A DNA stretch of 63,582 nucleotides, from positions 1 through 63,582 of the IMG/VR virus record IMGVR_UViG_3300036846_000316; one strand, 5' to 3'. Source of the DNA: a virus (Duplodnaviria > Caudoviricetes). Under the pieces are notes generated by a model. That model was not told the DNA's origin. It did no database searches and saw only the letters and a list, made by a program, of their open reading frames with translations. Every line of letters begins with the position of its first letter. The first letter of the stretch is position 1. The translations under genes were made by a program, and so were the position numbers. This document shows positions 49,207 through 57,153 of this stretch, piece after piece.

Positions 49207-49337
49207 TGCTTGGGGACCTTGACCGGCGGGCCCTGCGGCACCGCCCGACCGGGTTGGGCGGGCTTCGATCCTTCGCCGCCGCCCTTGGGTTTCGACTTCT
49301 TGGAGACCGGCGTCTTGGTCTTTTTGCTGACGCTCAT
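49203..49337 (-). CDS. 44-aa Lys/Pro-rich protein (not in ORF track)
   Basis: MSVSKKTKTPVSKKSKPKGGG...; ATGA coupling at both ends. Confidence 0.5.
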   Translation of the reverse strand: MSVSKKTKTPVSKKSKPKGGGEGSKPAQPGRAVPQGPPVKVPKQ

Positions 49338-49654
49338 CGCCGACCCGAATTGATCTGGACGAAGTCAAGGTTGCCGTTGAGCACCGACGCCTTGCCCGGC
49401 GACCCGGGGACGTCGCTGCCCAACTCGCTCACCACCCGGACGCTGTCGTTATTGGCGACGATCACGCTGTCGGCCGGAAGTTCAGTCGGCGGCTGCTGGG
49501 ACATCATGTACTCGAAGGTCGCCTGCAGTTCCGGCGGGACCTGCCGCTGCATCCATTCGACCTTGTGCGCCTCGGCCTGCTCGTTGAGTTGGGCGAACTT
49601 CTTGTCGACCTCGTCCTGCGTATAGCCGGGAGGGAGTGGGGGTGCGGTTGCCAT
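49334..49654 (-). CDS. Hypothetical protein
   Basis: MATAPPLPPG...; packed operon. Confidence 0.6.
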   Translation of the reverse strand: MATAPPLPPGYTQDEVDKKFAQLNEQAEAHKVEWMQRQVPPELQATFEYMMSQQPPTELPADSVIVANNDSVRVVSELGSDVPGSPGKASVLNGNLDFVQINSGRR

Positions 49655-49656
49655 GA

Positions 49657-50019
49657 CTACCATCCTTCGGTTTGTCGCGTCTTGAGCACGAAGCCCATGA
49701 GGGGCCAAAGCTGCTTGAACGCCTGATCGTAGGCCAGCTTCTTGCCAAGGTCGAAGTTGTAGTTTTCGGCGCTGGCCGGTGTCGAGTGTCCAATCACCAT
49801 GAAGCCGTTCTTCATCATGATGGTGCAGATCGTCATCAGCCGCGCCCGCTCGTAGACTTCGGTGTCGGTGTAACTGTCGACCTTGATCTCGGCATGGTCG
49901 AGCAGGTGATCGCCGGTCTGGTAGAAGACGCCGAAGATGTAGCCCTCGATGTCGGTCAGCCGCACGCGCGGGGCCGTCGCGTTCGCGGCGGCCAGCTTCT
50001 CGATCTCTTCAGCGTTCAT
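49657..50019 (-). CDS. Phage gp49/66 family protein (candidate nucleotide sponge)
   Basis: TAPRV...I; MTICTIMMKNGFMVIGHS.PASAENYNFDLGKKLA....F.QLWPLMGF.L. Confidence 0.82.
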   Translation of the reverse strand: MNAEEIEKLAAANATAPRVRLTDIEGYIFGVFYQTGDHLLDHAEIKVDSYTDTEVYERARLMTICTIMMKNGFMVIGHSTPASAENYNFDLGKKLAYDQAFKQLWPLMGFVLKTRQTEGW

Positions 50020-51155
50020 TTCACCACCCTCATGGGATTGCCACCGGCTCCGTAATAGCTGCAGTGATTGTACTGCTGCTCGACGCTGCCCGGCTGGTTC
50101 ATCAGGTAGAGCATCGGTGCTCCGACGTTCACCCACTGGCTGCCGTCCCACTTGCGGCAACAGGTGGACCCGTCCGAGGAACATTCGCAGGCGAACACCA
50201 CGGAGCCGTAGCCATTGGAACCGAGGTCGATGCCACATTGGGACGGCCCCGCCGTGTTCTCGAAGTTGGCGAAGGCGATGGAGCGCAGCCCGTCGGGAGC
50301 GTCGATACCACGTCCATTGAGCACGAACGACCCGCCGACCATCGACACCGAGTAGACCGTCTTGAGGCCCGCCCCGAGATTGCGCGACGCGTTCAGATGG
50401 TTGACGTGGATGTTCGACACCACGGCCTGCCCGGGCTGGCCGAGGTTCATGTGCTGCATCAGCATGCCGTCGCCCGAACAGTTCTCGATCTGCAGGTTGT
50501 CGGCTACGCCTTCGTAGACGCCGCCCTCCAGCACGATCCCGTTCACCGCCCCGGCGGCGTAGATGTCGCGCAAGTTGAACTGGTAGATCGGCCCGTAGTC
50601 GCCCAACGGCGCGCTCAAGGTCAAGGCACGTCTTGCGCCATTGCCCGACAGGCTGCCAATGTCACCGCCGTCGAAGTAGAGCCCAGTCAGGGTGAGGCCC
50701 CGGCAGTTGCTCCCCTCGCTGCCGACGATGGTCAGCATGTCCTCGCCCTTGTTGCCCTTCCAGCGCAGCTTGGCCCCGTTGCCGTAGACCCCCCACGGAC
50801 TGCCCGAGTTGGGCGCGTCGAGGCTGATCGTCGACGACAGGTCGATGACCGTGCGCGGGTCGAGCAGGCCGATGCGCTGCTCGTTCTTGTAGGTATTCAA
50901 GGCGTCGACAAGCTGCGATTGGTCGGTCGGGTAGTCCATGCTGCCTCCGGGGCTGGGATTGGGGTCGGGCGGGATCGGCTCGGGCGGATCGGGCGTGTCG
51001 CCCGGTCGCTGGTAAGCCCCGCTGGAAATGCGCGTGTCGGGCGCGCTCGGCTGCGGCCCGGCATAGACCTCGATGAACTCGCCCGGATCGGTGTCCATGC
51101 CCGAGAAGATCGTCTCGCCGGTCGCCTCGTCGACCAGTTTGTAGGGAGGGTTCAT
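50016..51155 (-). CDS. Right-handed beta-helix (pectin-lyase-like) protein
   Basis: YGNGAKL, LTGLYFDG and repeated N/G-rich beta rungs. Confidence 0.6.
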   Translation of the reverse strand: MNPPYKLVDEATGETIFSGMDTDPGEFIEVYAGPQPSAPDTRISSGAYQRPGDTPDPPEPIPPDPNPSPGGSMDYPTDQSQLVDALNTYKNEQRIGLLDPRTVIDLSSTISLDAPNSGSPWGVYGNGAKLRWKGNKGEDMLTIVGSEGSNCRGLTLTGLYFDGGDIGSLSGNGARRALTLSAPLGDYGPIYQFNLRDIYAAGAVNGIVLEGGVYEGVADNLQIENCSGDGMLMQHMNLGQPGQAVVSNIHVNHLNASRNLGAGLKTVYSVSMVGGSFVLNGRGIDAPDGLRSIAFANFENTAGPSQCGIDLGSNGYGSVVFACECSSDGSTCCRKWDGSQWVNVGAPMLYLMNQPGSVEQQYNHCSYYGAGGNPMRVVK

Positions 51156-51328
51156 CAGTAATGCCGCTCCTTCGGTTGTTTGTAGTCCTTGGGCGGCACA
51201 CCGGGATGGCCGTGGCTGTAGTCGCCTGCGGGCTGCTGCTCGGGCTGCTGCTCAGGCTTCGGGGCCTGCGCTCCCTCCTCCGTCCGGTGCTGCGCCTGCC
51301 TGATCTCCCTCTCGCGTTCCCTCGACAT
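51155..51328 (-). CDS. Small hypothetical protein
   Basis: MSREREREIR...; coupled to the next gene. Confidence 0.45.
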   Translation of the reverse strand: MSREREREIRQAQHRTEEGAQAPKPEQQPEQQPAGDYSHGHPGVPPKDYKQPKERHY

Positions 51329-52265
51329 GGTGACCCTTCCAATCCTGCGGCGTGGTGAAACCGGCTGCATGGGCGTGGCCGCCGCCACCCATCGCCTTGG
51401 CGATCTCGCTGACATCCGGGCCGCCGTCGATGCTGCGCATCGACCACGCCCGCTTGCCATCCTTCATGTCGATGTAAGTCGCGCCGCACTTGCACTCGTG
51501 GGTCTGCGACAGGCGGTTGCCAATGTCGCTGGCGAGGAAGTTGGGAGCGTTGACCACTGGCATCTTGGTGCCGCCAAGGGTCAGGAACTGCACGCCATGG
51601 GCGATCATGCTCTCGACGTGCTTGGCCTGCTGGCGCTCCAGCCCGATGCCTTGGATGATCATGTGGCGCTGGCCGTCGTTGGTCTCGCAGGTCTTGACCA
51701 TTTCGTCCCACGTATCGAAGTCGAACGCCTGACTATACGCCAAGGTGTTGATCTCGCGCGTTCCGGGGATCGCGAAGCGCCACAGGTCGCGATCCTGTAC
51801 ATGGGCGACGAACCGGGGCATCGGCACACCGGGATTGAAGAAGTCCCAGCACAGGCCCGCGCCCGAGCGGTTCATGTCGAAGAACGCGATGCATTCGCCG
51901 GGCACCGGGAAGTAGGGGAACGCCTGCACCTTGTCGGCGCGCGCTTGGTATCCTGCCAGATCGGCTTCGGCGGTCTTGTGATGGTCGAGGATCAGGATCG
52001 CCCGCGCCGTCTTGCGCATCTCCTCGATCACGTCCTTCTTGTAGCTAAAGTCGACCATCAGCACGTTGCGGTCGGTCACGTCAGGCGGAGCCTCCTGATA
52101 GACCCCGCCGAAGTGCTCGACCTCGCCGTTGAAGAAGCGGTCGACCACCCACGCGCTGGTGAAGCCATCGAGGCAGCCCTTGTGCCAGATGCAAAGCGGC
52201 GGCGGCGGTTGACTGCGCGGCGGGTCGTACGGCTTATCGTCCCTCGGCATCGGCTGTGCGTCCAT
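51252..52265 (-). CDS. DHH/DHHA1 phosphoesterase (NrnB-like)
   Basis: WHKGCLDG, MVDF, ILDHH, RSGAGL, QDRDLW, GGGHAHAAGF. Confidence 0.9.
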   Translation of the reverse strand: MDAQPMPRDDKPYDPPRSQPPPPLCIWHKGCLDGFTSAWVVDRFFNGEVEHFGGVYQEAPPDVTDRNVLMVDFSYKKDVIEEMRKTARAILILDHHKTAEADLAGYQARADKVQAFPYFPVPGECIAFFDMNRSGAGLCWDFFNPGVPMPRFVAHVQDRDLWRFAIPGTREINTLAYSQAFDFDTWDEMVKTCETNDGQRHMIIQGIGLERQQAKHVESMIAHGVQFLTLGGTKMPVVNAPNFLASDIGNRLSQTHECKCGATYIDMKDGKRAWSMRSIDGGPDVSEIAKAMGGGGHAHAAGFTTPQDWKGHHVEGTREGDQAGAAPDGGGSAGPEA

Positions 52266-52491
52266 CCTCGATCTCCTTCTCCAGCAGTCGGATATAGCGC
52301 TCGGCAAGCTGCAGCTTGGCAATCGCTCCCTGTCTGAATACCGACGTCGGCGGGCCGCCGGGACGCTGCATGCCGAGCACGGTGGCAAACTGGCCGAGCC
52401 ACGCCGCATGGTCGATACGGCGCAGCGCCTCGTCGGTGATCTTGGACGCCGCCTTCGCGATGTCGGGCGGCGCGCCGTTGACCTCAGGCAT
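52234..52491 (-). CDS. Hypothetical protein
   Basis: GGAGG RBS, 85 aa. Confidence 0.55.
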   Translation of the reverse strand: MPEVNGAPPDIAKAASKITDEALRRIDHAAWLGQFATVLGMQRPGGPPTSVFRQGAIAKLQLAERYIRLLEKEIEDGRTADAEGR

Positions 52492-52900
52492 AGTAGACCT
52501 CCTCGTCGCGCGGGTCCTCGCTCTGGCTGATGTGCACCCACTCGCCGTACTCGCGGATCAACTGGTCGTAGGGGATCGGCGGGTCGGCGTTCTGCAGGAA
52601 GTCGTAGATTTGATCGGGTGTGCCGAAGTCGGGGGCGATGAAGTCGGCAGCCTGCCCGGTCATGTGCTGACTATCGGGCACGCCACCAACCTCTTCGTTC
52701 AGTTCGTCGCAGCGATAGCCCGACGTGATGAAGACCTCGACGTCACCGAGCGCGGTCCGAACCTTTTCCATAAGCTCGGCGGTCTTGCGGAGTTCGTCGA
52801 TCACTTCCGGCGGCGGCGTGTTGTCGATCTCGCACGCGTCGGCGGTGTCGGATGCGATGAACTCCTCAAGGGTGAAGTGCTCGGTGAGTTGGGTCATCAT
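52484..52900 (-). CDS. Peptidase M15 family endolysin
   Basis: LTEHFTLEEF, ITSGYRC..LN..VGG...SQH..GQAADF, WVHIS. Confidence 0.9.
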   Translation of the reverse strand: MMTQLTEHFTLEEFIASDTADACEIDNTPPPEVIDELRKTAELMEKVRTALGDVEVFITSGYRCDELNEEVGGVPDSQHMTGQAADFIAPDFGTPDQIYDFLQNADPPIPYDQLIREYGEWVHISQSEDPRDEEVYYA

Positions 52901-53223
52901 GCCTCGGTGGGCTGCAGCGGGGTCTTGCCGTCGGCGTGATACTCGCCCGGTTTGACCGGGTCCGCCATCTCCCAATCGTCCGCCAAGAGATCGGCCTGCG
53001 TGATGGTCCACGGCGCGAGCGGACCGTGCTTGCGTTTGATCATGAGGAACGGCCCGGTGTCGTTGCCTGCACCGAACTTCTGCGGCACCTGCACCGATCC
53101 AGCCGGAACGTAGGCGACGAACTCGATCCGCCCGTGCCAGCCCTTGCGCTTCATCGGATGACCGTGGAGCATCAGCCCGACCGCCCATCCAATTGAACTA
53201 TACTTACTTGTTGATCCTTCCAT
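52897..53223 (-). CDS. DUF2829 family protein (Tad2-like anti-defence sponge)
   Basis: IGWAV..M..G..MKRKGWHG...PFLMIK...PWTITQADLLADDWE. Confidence 0.82.
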   Translation of the reverse strand: MEGSTSKYSSIGWAVGLMLHGHPMKRKGWHGRIEFVAYVPAGSVQVPQKFGAGNDTGPFLMIKRKHGPLAPWTITQADLLADDWEMADPVKPGEYHADGKTPLQPTEA

Positions 53224-53243
53224 CCTTCTCTCCTCTGTTGAAC

Positions 53244-53317
53244 TGGAGTGAGCGGCAGGAATTGAACCTGCGTCTTCGGGATCACAACCCACTGCTCTAC
53301 CTCTGAGCTACGCCCAC
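53244..53317 (-). tRNA. tRNA-His (GUG), CCA encoded
   Basis: GTGGGCG-TA-GCTC-AGAGGTA-GAGC-A-GTGGG-TTGTGAT-CCCGA-AGAC-GCAGG-TTCAATT-CCTGC-CGCTCAC-T-CCA cloverleaf. Confidence 0.9.
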
Positions 53318-53318
53318 G

Positions 53319-53335
53319 TCACGCCCGGGGCGTTA
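53319..53335. repeat. 17-bp palindrome variant (copy 13)
   Basis: TCACGCCCGGGGCGTTA; includes the upstream TAA stop and ends 1 nt before the tRNA 5' end. Confidence 0.9.
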
Positions 53336-53869
53336 CACGCCCGCCCTCTCCGCCTCACGCTCCTTGCGCGCGGCCTGCTTGCCTTGGTGCCATCTCGGCG
53401 CGGGCGGCTCCAGTCCCAACGCCTGCTCGACCGTCCAACCGCGTTCGAGGCGGCGATAGGCGGTGAGATACTTGACCTTGGAGTGATCGCGCACCGCTTC
53501 GGCCAAGGTCATGCGCTTGCCCTTCACCGTGACCATCGGGCTTTCCGCCCGCTGGCCGCCGATGATGCGGTAGCCCTTGGCCATGAACTTCTTCTGCGCC
53601 CGCGCCACCATCTCCAGCGGATCGTTGACCCCGTCCATGTGGAGCGACATCACCTTGAAGGTGAACTCGTCACTCGGGTGTTTCGGAAGATCGCGGATCG
53701 GCCAGTAGACCTTCGCGTCGGCGTCATGGGACAGCAGCATATGGCTCATGCTGTGGCTGCGCTTCTGCAGGTTGCTGGTGTAGCTCACGTAGGCGAACCG
53801 CCTCTTGCGGTTCAGCAGGGCGAACACCCCCGCCTGCAAGGGGATTACATCAGGTTCACGGTACATCAT
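53333..53869 (-). CDS. Degenerate GIY-YIG-like protein with C-terminal DNA-binding module
   Basis: GVFALLN....AYVSYTSNLQKR resembles GIY..YIG.S.NL..R; C-terminal TLAEA....Y.T...RL.RGW..EQAL as in phage homing endonucleases. Confidence 0.6.
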   Translation of the reverse strand: MMYREPDVIPLQAGVFALLNRKRRFAYVSYTSNLQKRSHSMSHMLLSHDADAKVYWPIRDLPKHPSDEFTFKVMSLHMDGVNDPLEMVARAQKKFMAKGYRIIGGQRAESPMVTVKGKRMTLAEAVRDHSKVKYLTAYRRLERGWTVEQALGLEPPAPRWHQGKQAARKEREAERAGV

Positions 53870-54547
53870 CTAGTGTGCTCCTAGTTCCCGCAGCGCCGCC
53901 TCGCGCGCGAGATTGAGATCGAGTAAACGGCCTTCGTCAGTTGACGCTGCCTTGGCCAGTGCCCGGTAATTCACCTGCACGTCATCCTTCGAGACCTTGG
54001 CCGTCGGGTGGAAGCGGAGAACGCTGCGCCACGGCGGCCGGTTGTCGGCAGATGGGGGCGGCAGGGCGTCGTATCCAGTGAACGCTTGCGCAAGAGTTCC
54101 CACGCCGTAGCGGTCGACCCGGCGCAGGCAGTCGATGTGGTTGGCGATGGCGCAGATATTCTCCTGCACGGTCAACCACTTGTCGCAGGCCAGCACGCGC
54201 TCCTTGCCGTCGAGGACAAAGTACGCCGCCGCACCGACATCGTCGGGCGCGCGCCGATCTGCACGAGGCTCACCGCCGAGCGTCAGTTCGAGGTTGGTCG
54301 ATAGCACGATGTCGGTCGCGCCCAGCCGCTCGAACTGATCCTGCAGGCGAACGCAGGCAGTACGGAGCGTGACGGTCTTGTGTCCCCTATGGTCCTTGCC
54401 CACCCGCTGGTACGACCCGTTGACGGTCTCATAGCCGAACCGCTGGACAATCGCTGCCTCGGTGAAGGCCGAACGCTTGCGGTCGGCCGCCGGGGTACGC
54501 TTCCAGCCGAACGGCCACTGGAGAGGATAGCGAGGGTCTTCCTTCAT
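53870..54547 (-). CDS. Phage DnaJ-related protein with degenerate J domain
   Basis: YPLQWP.GWKRT, ACDKW....N...I...I..LR...RYG, AF.GY.ALP, WRSVL...YRALAK; HPD absent. Confidence 0.7.
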   Translation of the reverse strand: MKEDPRYPLQWPFGWKRTPAADRKRSAFTEAAIVQRFGYETVNGSYQRVGKDHRGHKTVTLRTACVRLQDQFERLGATDIVLSTNLELTLGGEPRADRRAPDDVGAAAYFVLDGKERVLACDKWLTVQENICAIANHIDCLRRVDRYGVGTLAQAFTGYDALPPPSADNRPPWRSVLRFHPTAKVSKDDVQVNYRALAKAASTDEGRLLDLNLAREAALRELGAH

Positions 54548-54728
54548 AATGTGGGGGGACTTAGAGGCTTGGAAGGGGGGTGTCAAGTAGGTAGGGAATA
54601 AGTTTCCAGTTGACGGAAGCGGAATTTTTGGAACGCATATTTTCAAAGCGGATAAACGCCGCCATCGGGGGCCCCCGGCCTGTCCATATGGGGGTGGCCG
54701 CGTCCAGCCACGCTTGACGTTGACTAGA

Positions 54729-54745
54729 TCACGCCCGGGGCGTGA
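54729..54745. repeat. 17-bp palindrome (copy 14)
   Basis: Exact (G-centre); in the divergent intergenic region. Confidence 0.95.
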
Positions 54746-54809
54746 GCCGCGCGGACTGTCCCCCAAACAGTAGAGACACCAATCATGGGTCTCATTGAAA
54801 GGAACTGTT

Positions 54810-55601
54810 ATGTCTAAGGTTGTTAAGAAGTCTGCAAAGAAGATTGATCACGCCCCGGGCGTGACGGACGCCCCGCACATGAAGAACGTTGTGCTGACCG
54901 CTCCCGTTGGCATCGCTGGCATTGTGCCAACGAAGCCTGTCACGAACATGGAAGGCGGTTCGCTCGTCAAGGCGATTGCCAACGATGCGAAGATACAGAT
55001 TGCGCAAGGCAAGAACGCGCTTCTCCGCATGGCTCCCTACATTTCGGCCGTTGCGGCGGGCGAGATCAAGGACATTGACGCGGATGCGAAACCGCTCCTG
55101 AACAAGGTGCGTGACGCTATCGTGGCTCATCGCGCGTCGCTTGTTCCGCCGGATACGCGCGAGGTGGCGGAAGTGTCGACCACGCGCAGCGGCGAGTTTA
55201 AGCACGTTCTGCGCCTTGGCACGTACGCGTGCCACAAGGACGTTATCGCCATGTTTGACGGGTACGACGTCAATCTGGACAACGTCGTGACGATTGCGAA
55301 ATTCATTGCGGAGACCGTCAAGGAAAAGAACGGTCCGGCCCCCGCACGCGAGGCGGTCTTTGCCAAGCTTGCGGAACGCAAGGGTTCGCGTCGTGGTTCG
55401 GAAGGCATGGCGGGTGACGAAGCCCAACCGACGAAGCCTGCAGGTGCCGTGCTGAAAGGCATCGGCAAGCGCGTCGACGGTTGGCGCTTGTGGTTCGGGC
55501 TTCCGAACGCGAGCAAGGTCAAGGACGAAGCATCCGCCAAGCTTGACGAACTGAAGGGTTTGCTGGCCAGCATTGAACGCTTGGCCAAGGCGGTACCCTG
55601 A
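54810..55601 (+). CDS. Hypothetical Lys/Ala-rich protein, monocistronic
   Basis: AAGGA RBS, own terminator, many T-ending codons. Confidence 0.75.
   Translation: MSKVVKKSAKKIDHAPGVTDAPHMKNVVLTAPVGIAGIVPTKPVTNMEGGSLVKAIANDAKIQIAQGKNALLRMAPYISAVAAGEIKDIDADAKPLLNKVRDAIVAHRASLVPPDTREVAEVSTTRSGEFKHVLRLGTYACHKDVIAMFDGYDVNLDNVVTIAKFIAETVKEKNGPAPAREAVFAKLAERKGSRRGSEGMAGDEAQPTKPAGAVLKGIGKRVDGWRLWFGLPNASKVKDEASAKLDELKGLLASIERLAKAVP
54848..54864. repeat. 17-bp palindrome (copy 15, in CDS)
   Basis: Exact; read as HAPGVT. Confidence 0.95.
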
Positions 55602-55611
55602 TACAACGAAC

Positions 55612-55642
55612 GGGAGCGGCAGAAATGCCGCTCCCTTTTTTT
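55612..55642 (+). terminator. Intrinsic terminator
   Basis: GGGAGCGGCA-GAAA-TGCCGCTCCC-TTTTTTT. Confidence 0.9.
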
Positions 55643-55696
55643 GCCTGCGATTTATCCTATCCCCCCGCGCCGCAAGGCGACGGGGGATTTTTGCGT

Positions 55697-55713
55697 TCAC
55701 GCCCCGGGCGTGA
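55697..55713. repeat. 17-bp palindrome (copy 16)
   Basis: Exact, intergenic. Confidence 0.95.
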
Positions 55714-55739
55714 GATCGGGTCGGCACGCGCGGAATTAA

Positions 55740-56170
55740 ATCAGGCACTCAGAAACTACATGTGCAGCCCAAGCTTTACGCAAGAACTGCACGGAGTGTA
55801 CACTCCGGCAGTGCACATAAAACCGTGTGTATTCAAGGCGTTAGCGTAACTGTACATGGCCAGATGTTCACTTAATTAAATACCAACCCATTGATATTAC
55901 TGCATAATCTGGGGAACTGCATATAATATAACTGTATATGTGAATAGAGAGTATATAGGGGGGTGTCTACCCTAGCACCCTAACTAATAATACGGCTAGG
56001 GTCGTAGGGTAGACACCTCCACGCCTCTTATCTTTTCGTTTCCATGTACACTTCCGCGCACCACGCTAACACGTTGGTGCAGAACGCTAATTCGCGCCGA
56101 TATCTGCACATGAGCACCGTGAGTAGATACCTGTGCAGTTCGTCAATGCTGACCCTAACAATTAAAACTG
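55740..56170. other. AT-rich non-coding region with iterated motifs and inverted repeats (putative origin or control region)
   Basis: Appears to be the most AT-rich stretch; ACTG(C/T)A repeats; 13-bp IR at 55962-55974 / 56005-56017. Confidence 0.55.
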
Positions 56171-56178
56171 AGGGATTT

Positions 56179-56535
56179 ATGGACACAGAAGCCATCCGCA
56201 AGAAGGTGCAGGAGGTTGACCCTAAGCGATACCAGTACCTGCTGGACCTTGAGAAGGAGGCCGACTTCGCCTTCACTGAACACGCTGAAGGTGTAACCTT
56301 CGTCTGGTCCGATGCCTACGGGCACACCGTCGAATGGGGTCAGGCCGTAGGTTGGCACGACGCCAAGGCGGAATGTCTGCGGCGGTCGATGCAAGACAAT
56401 GGCTGGATCGCAGGCGAGCATCGCTTCACCCCTGACACGTTCGTTGTGGTCGAGGGATCACACTTGGCTGACATCGTGCGCTCCCTCGTGCCGATGGTAC
56501 GCAGCAAATACACAGAGATACCTGCAGGCACCTAA
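56179..56535 (+). CDS. Hypothetical protein
   Basis: GAGGGA RBS before MDTEAIR. Confidence 0.65.
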   Translation: MDTEAIRKKVQEVDPKRYQYLLDLEKEADFAFTEHAEGVTFVWSDAYGHTVEWGQAVGWHDAKAECLRRSMQDNGWIAGEHRFTPDTFVVVEGSHLADIVRSLVPMVRSKYTEIPAGT

Positions 56536-56570
56536 GCCTCCATCCACGAGGCTGGGGCTGCAGGTCACTT

Positions 56571-56612
56571 GGCGGCCCAACCTTGCTCCCCCGAGGTTGG
56601 GCCGTCCTTTTT
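56571..56612 (+). terminator. Intrinsic terminator-like hairpin
   Basis: GGCGGCCCAACCT...AGGTTGGGCCGTC followed by a T-run. Confidence 0.6.
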
Positions 56613-56656
56613 AGGTGGGGACCGTGCCCTTTGGCACGGTAAATAGGAACTAAATC

Positions 56657-56932
56657 ATGTCAAAGTACATCGTCGGCTACAGTGCCAGTCTCTTGCTGGC
56701 GCTCGGTATCTTCATGCCGAGTGACAACCTAAGCACCAGTCTGGCCAAGCTATGGCTAGCCGGGCTGGGCACCGCCCTGATCTACGTCTTCATCGCCATC
56801 ATGGTGCTGGAGGAACGGGGAAGCAGCACTCAGCACGACGCACAACGTCACCGCGCAGGTATGCGCGGCGCTGGATATGTCGACGCTTCGCGTCGGCGCA
56901 TGTCGTCCCGCATGATGCGGGGCATGGAGTAA
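56657..56932 (+). CDS. Membrane protein
   Basis: Two hydrophobic segments, AGGA RBS. Confidence 0.6.
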   Translation: MSKYIVGYSASLLLALGIFMPSDNLSTSLAKLWLAGLGTALIYVFIAIMVLEERGSSTQHDAQRHRAGMRGAGYVDASRRRMSSRMMRGME

Positions 56933-56942
56933 CAACCCTAGG

Positions 56943-56959
56943 TCACGCCCGGGGCGTGA
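56943..56959. repeat. 17-bp palindrome (copy 17)
   Basis: Exact (G-centre), intergenic. Confidence 0.95.
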
Positions 56960-56980
56960 TCAATAGAAAGGATTTGTCAA

Positions 56981-57139
56981 ATGGATCACTCAATAAGCGT
57001 CCTGCTGTCATTCGTGATCGGCCTGCCGTTGTTCTTCTGGTTCGTCGGCACCAAGGCGTTCGAGGTACTGGGTGCAATCAGCATCATGCTGTACCCGGTG
57101 CTTCTCCTAGTTGTCATTAGTATGGCTATCTTTCACTGA
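56981..57139 (+). CDS. 52-aa membrane protein (not in ORF track)
   Basis: MDHSISVLLSFVIGLPLFFWFV...; AAGGA RBS. Confidence 0.6.
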   Translation: MDHSISVLLSFVIGLPLFFWFVGTKAFEVLGAISIMLYPVLLLVVISMAIFH

Positions 57140-57153
57140 ACGAGGACACAACA

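Noticed and set aside
52897-53292. N-terminal extension MGCDPEDAGSIPAAHS of the DUF2829 ORF
   Set aside because: This is a translation of the tRNA gene; the likely start is 53223 with its own RBS.
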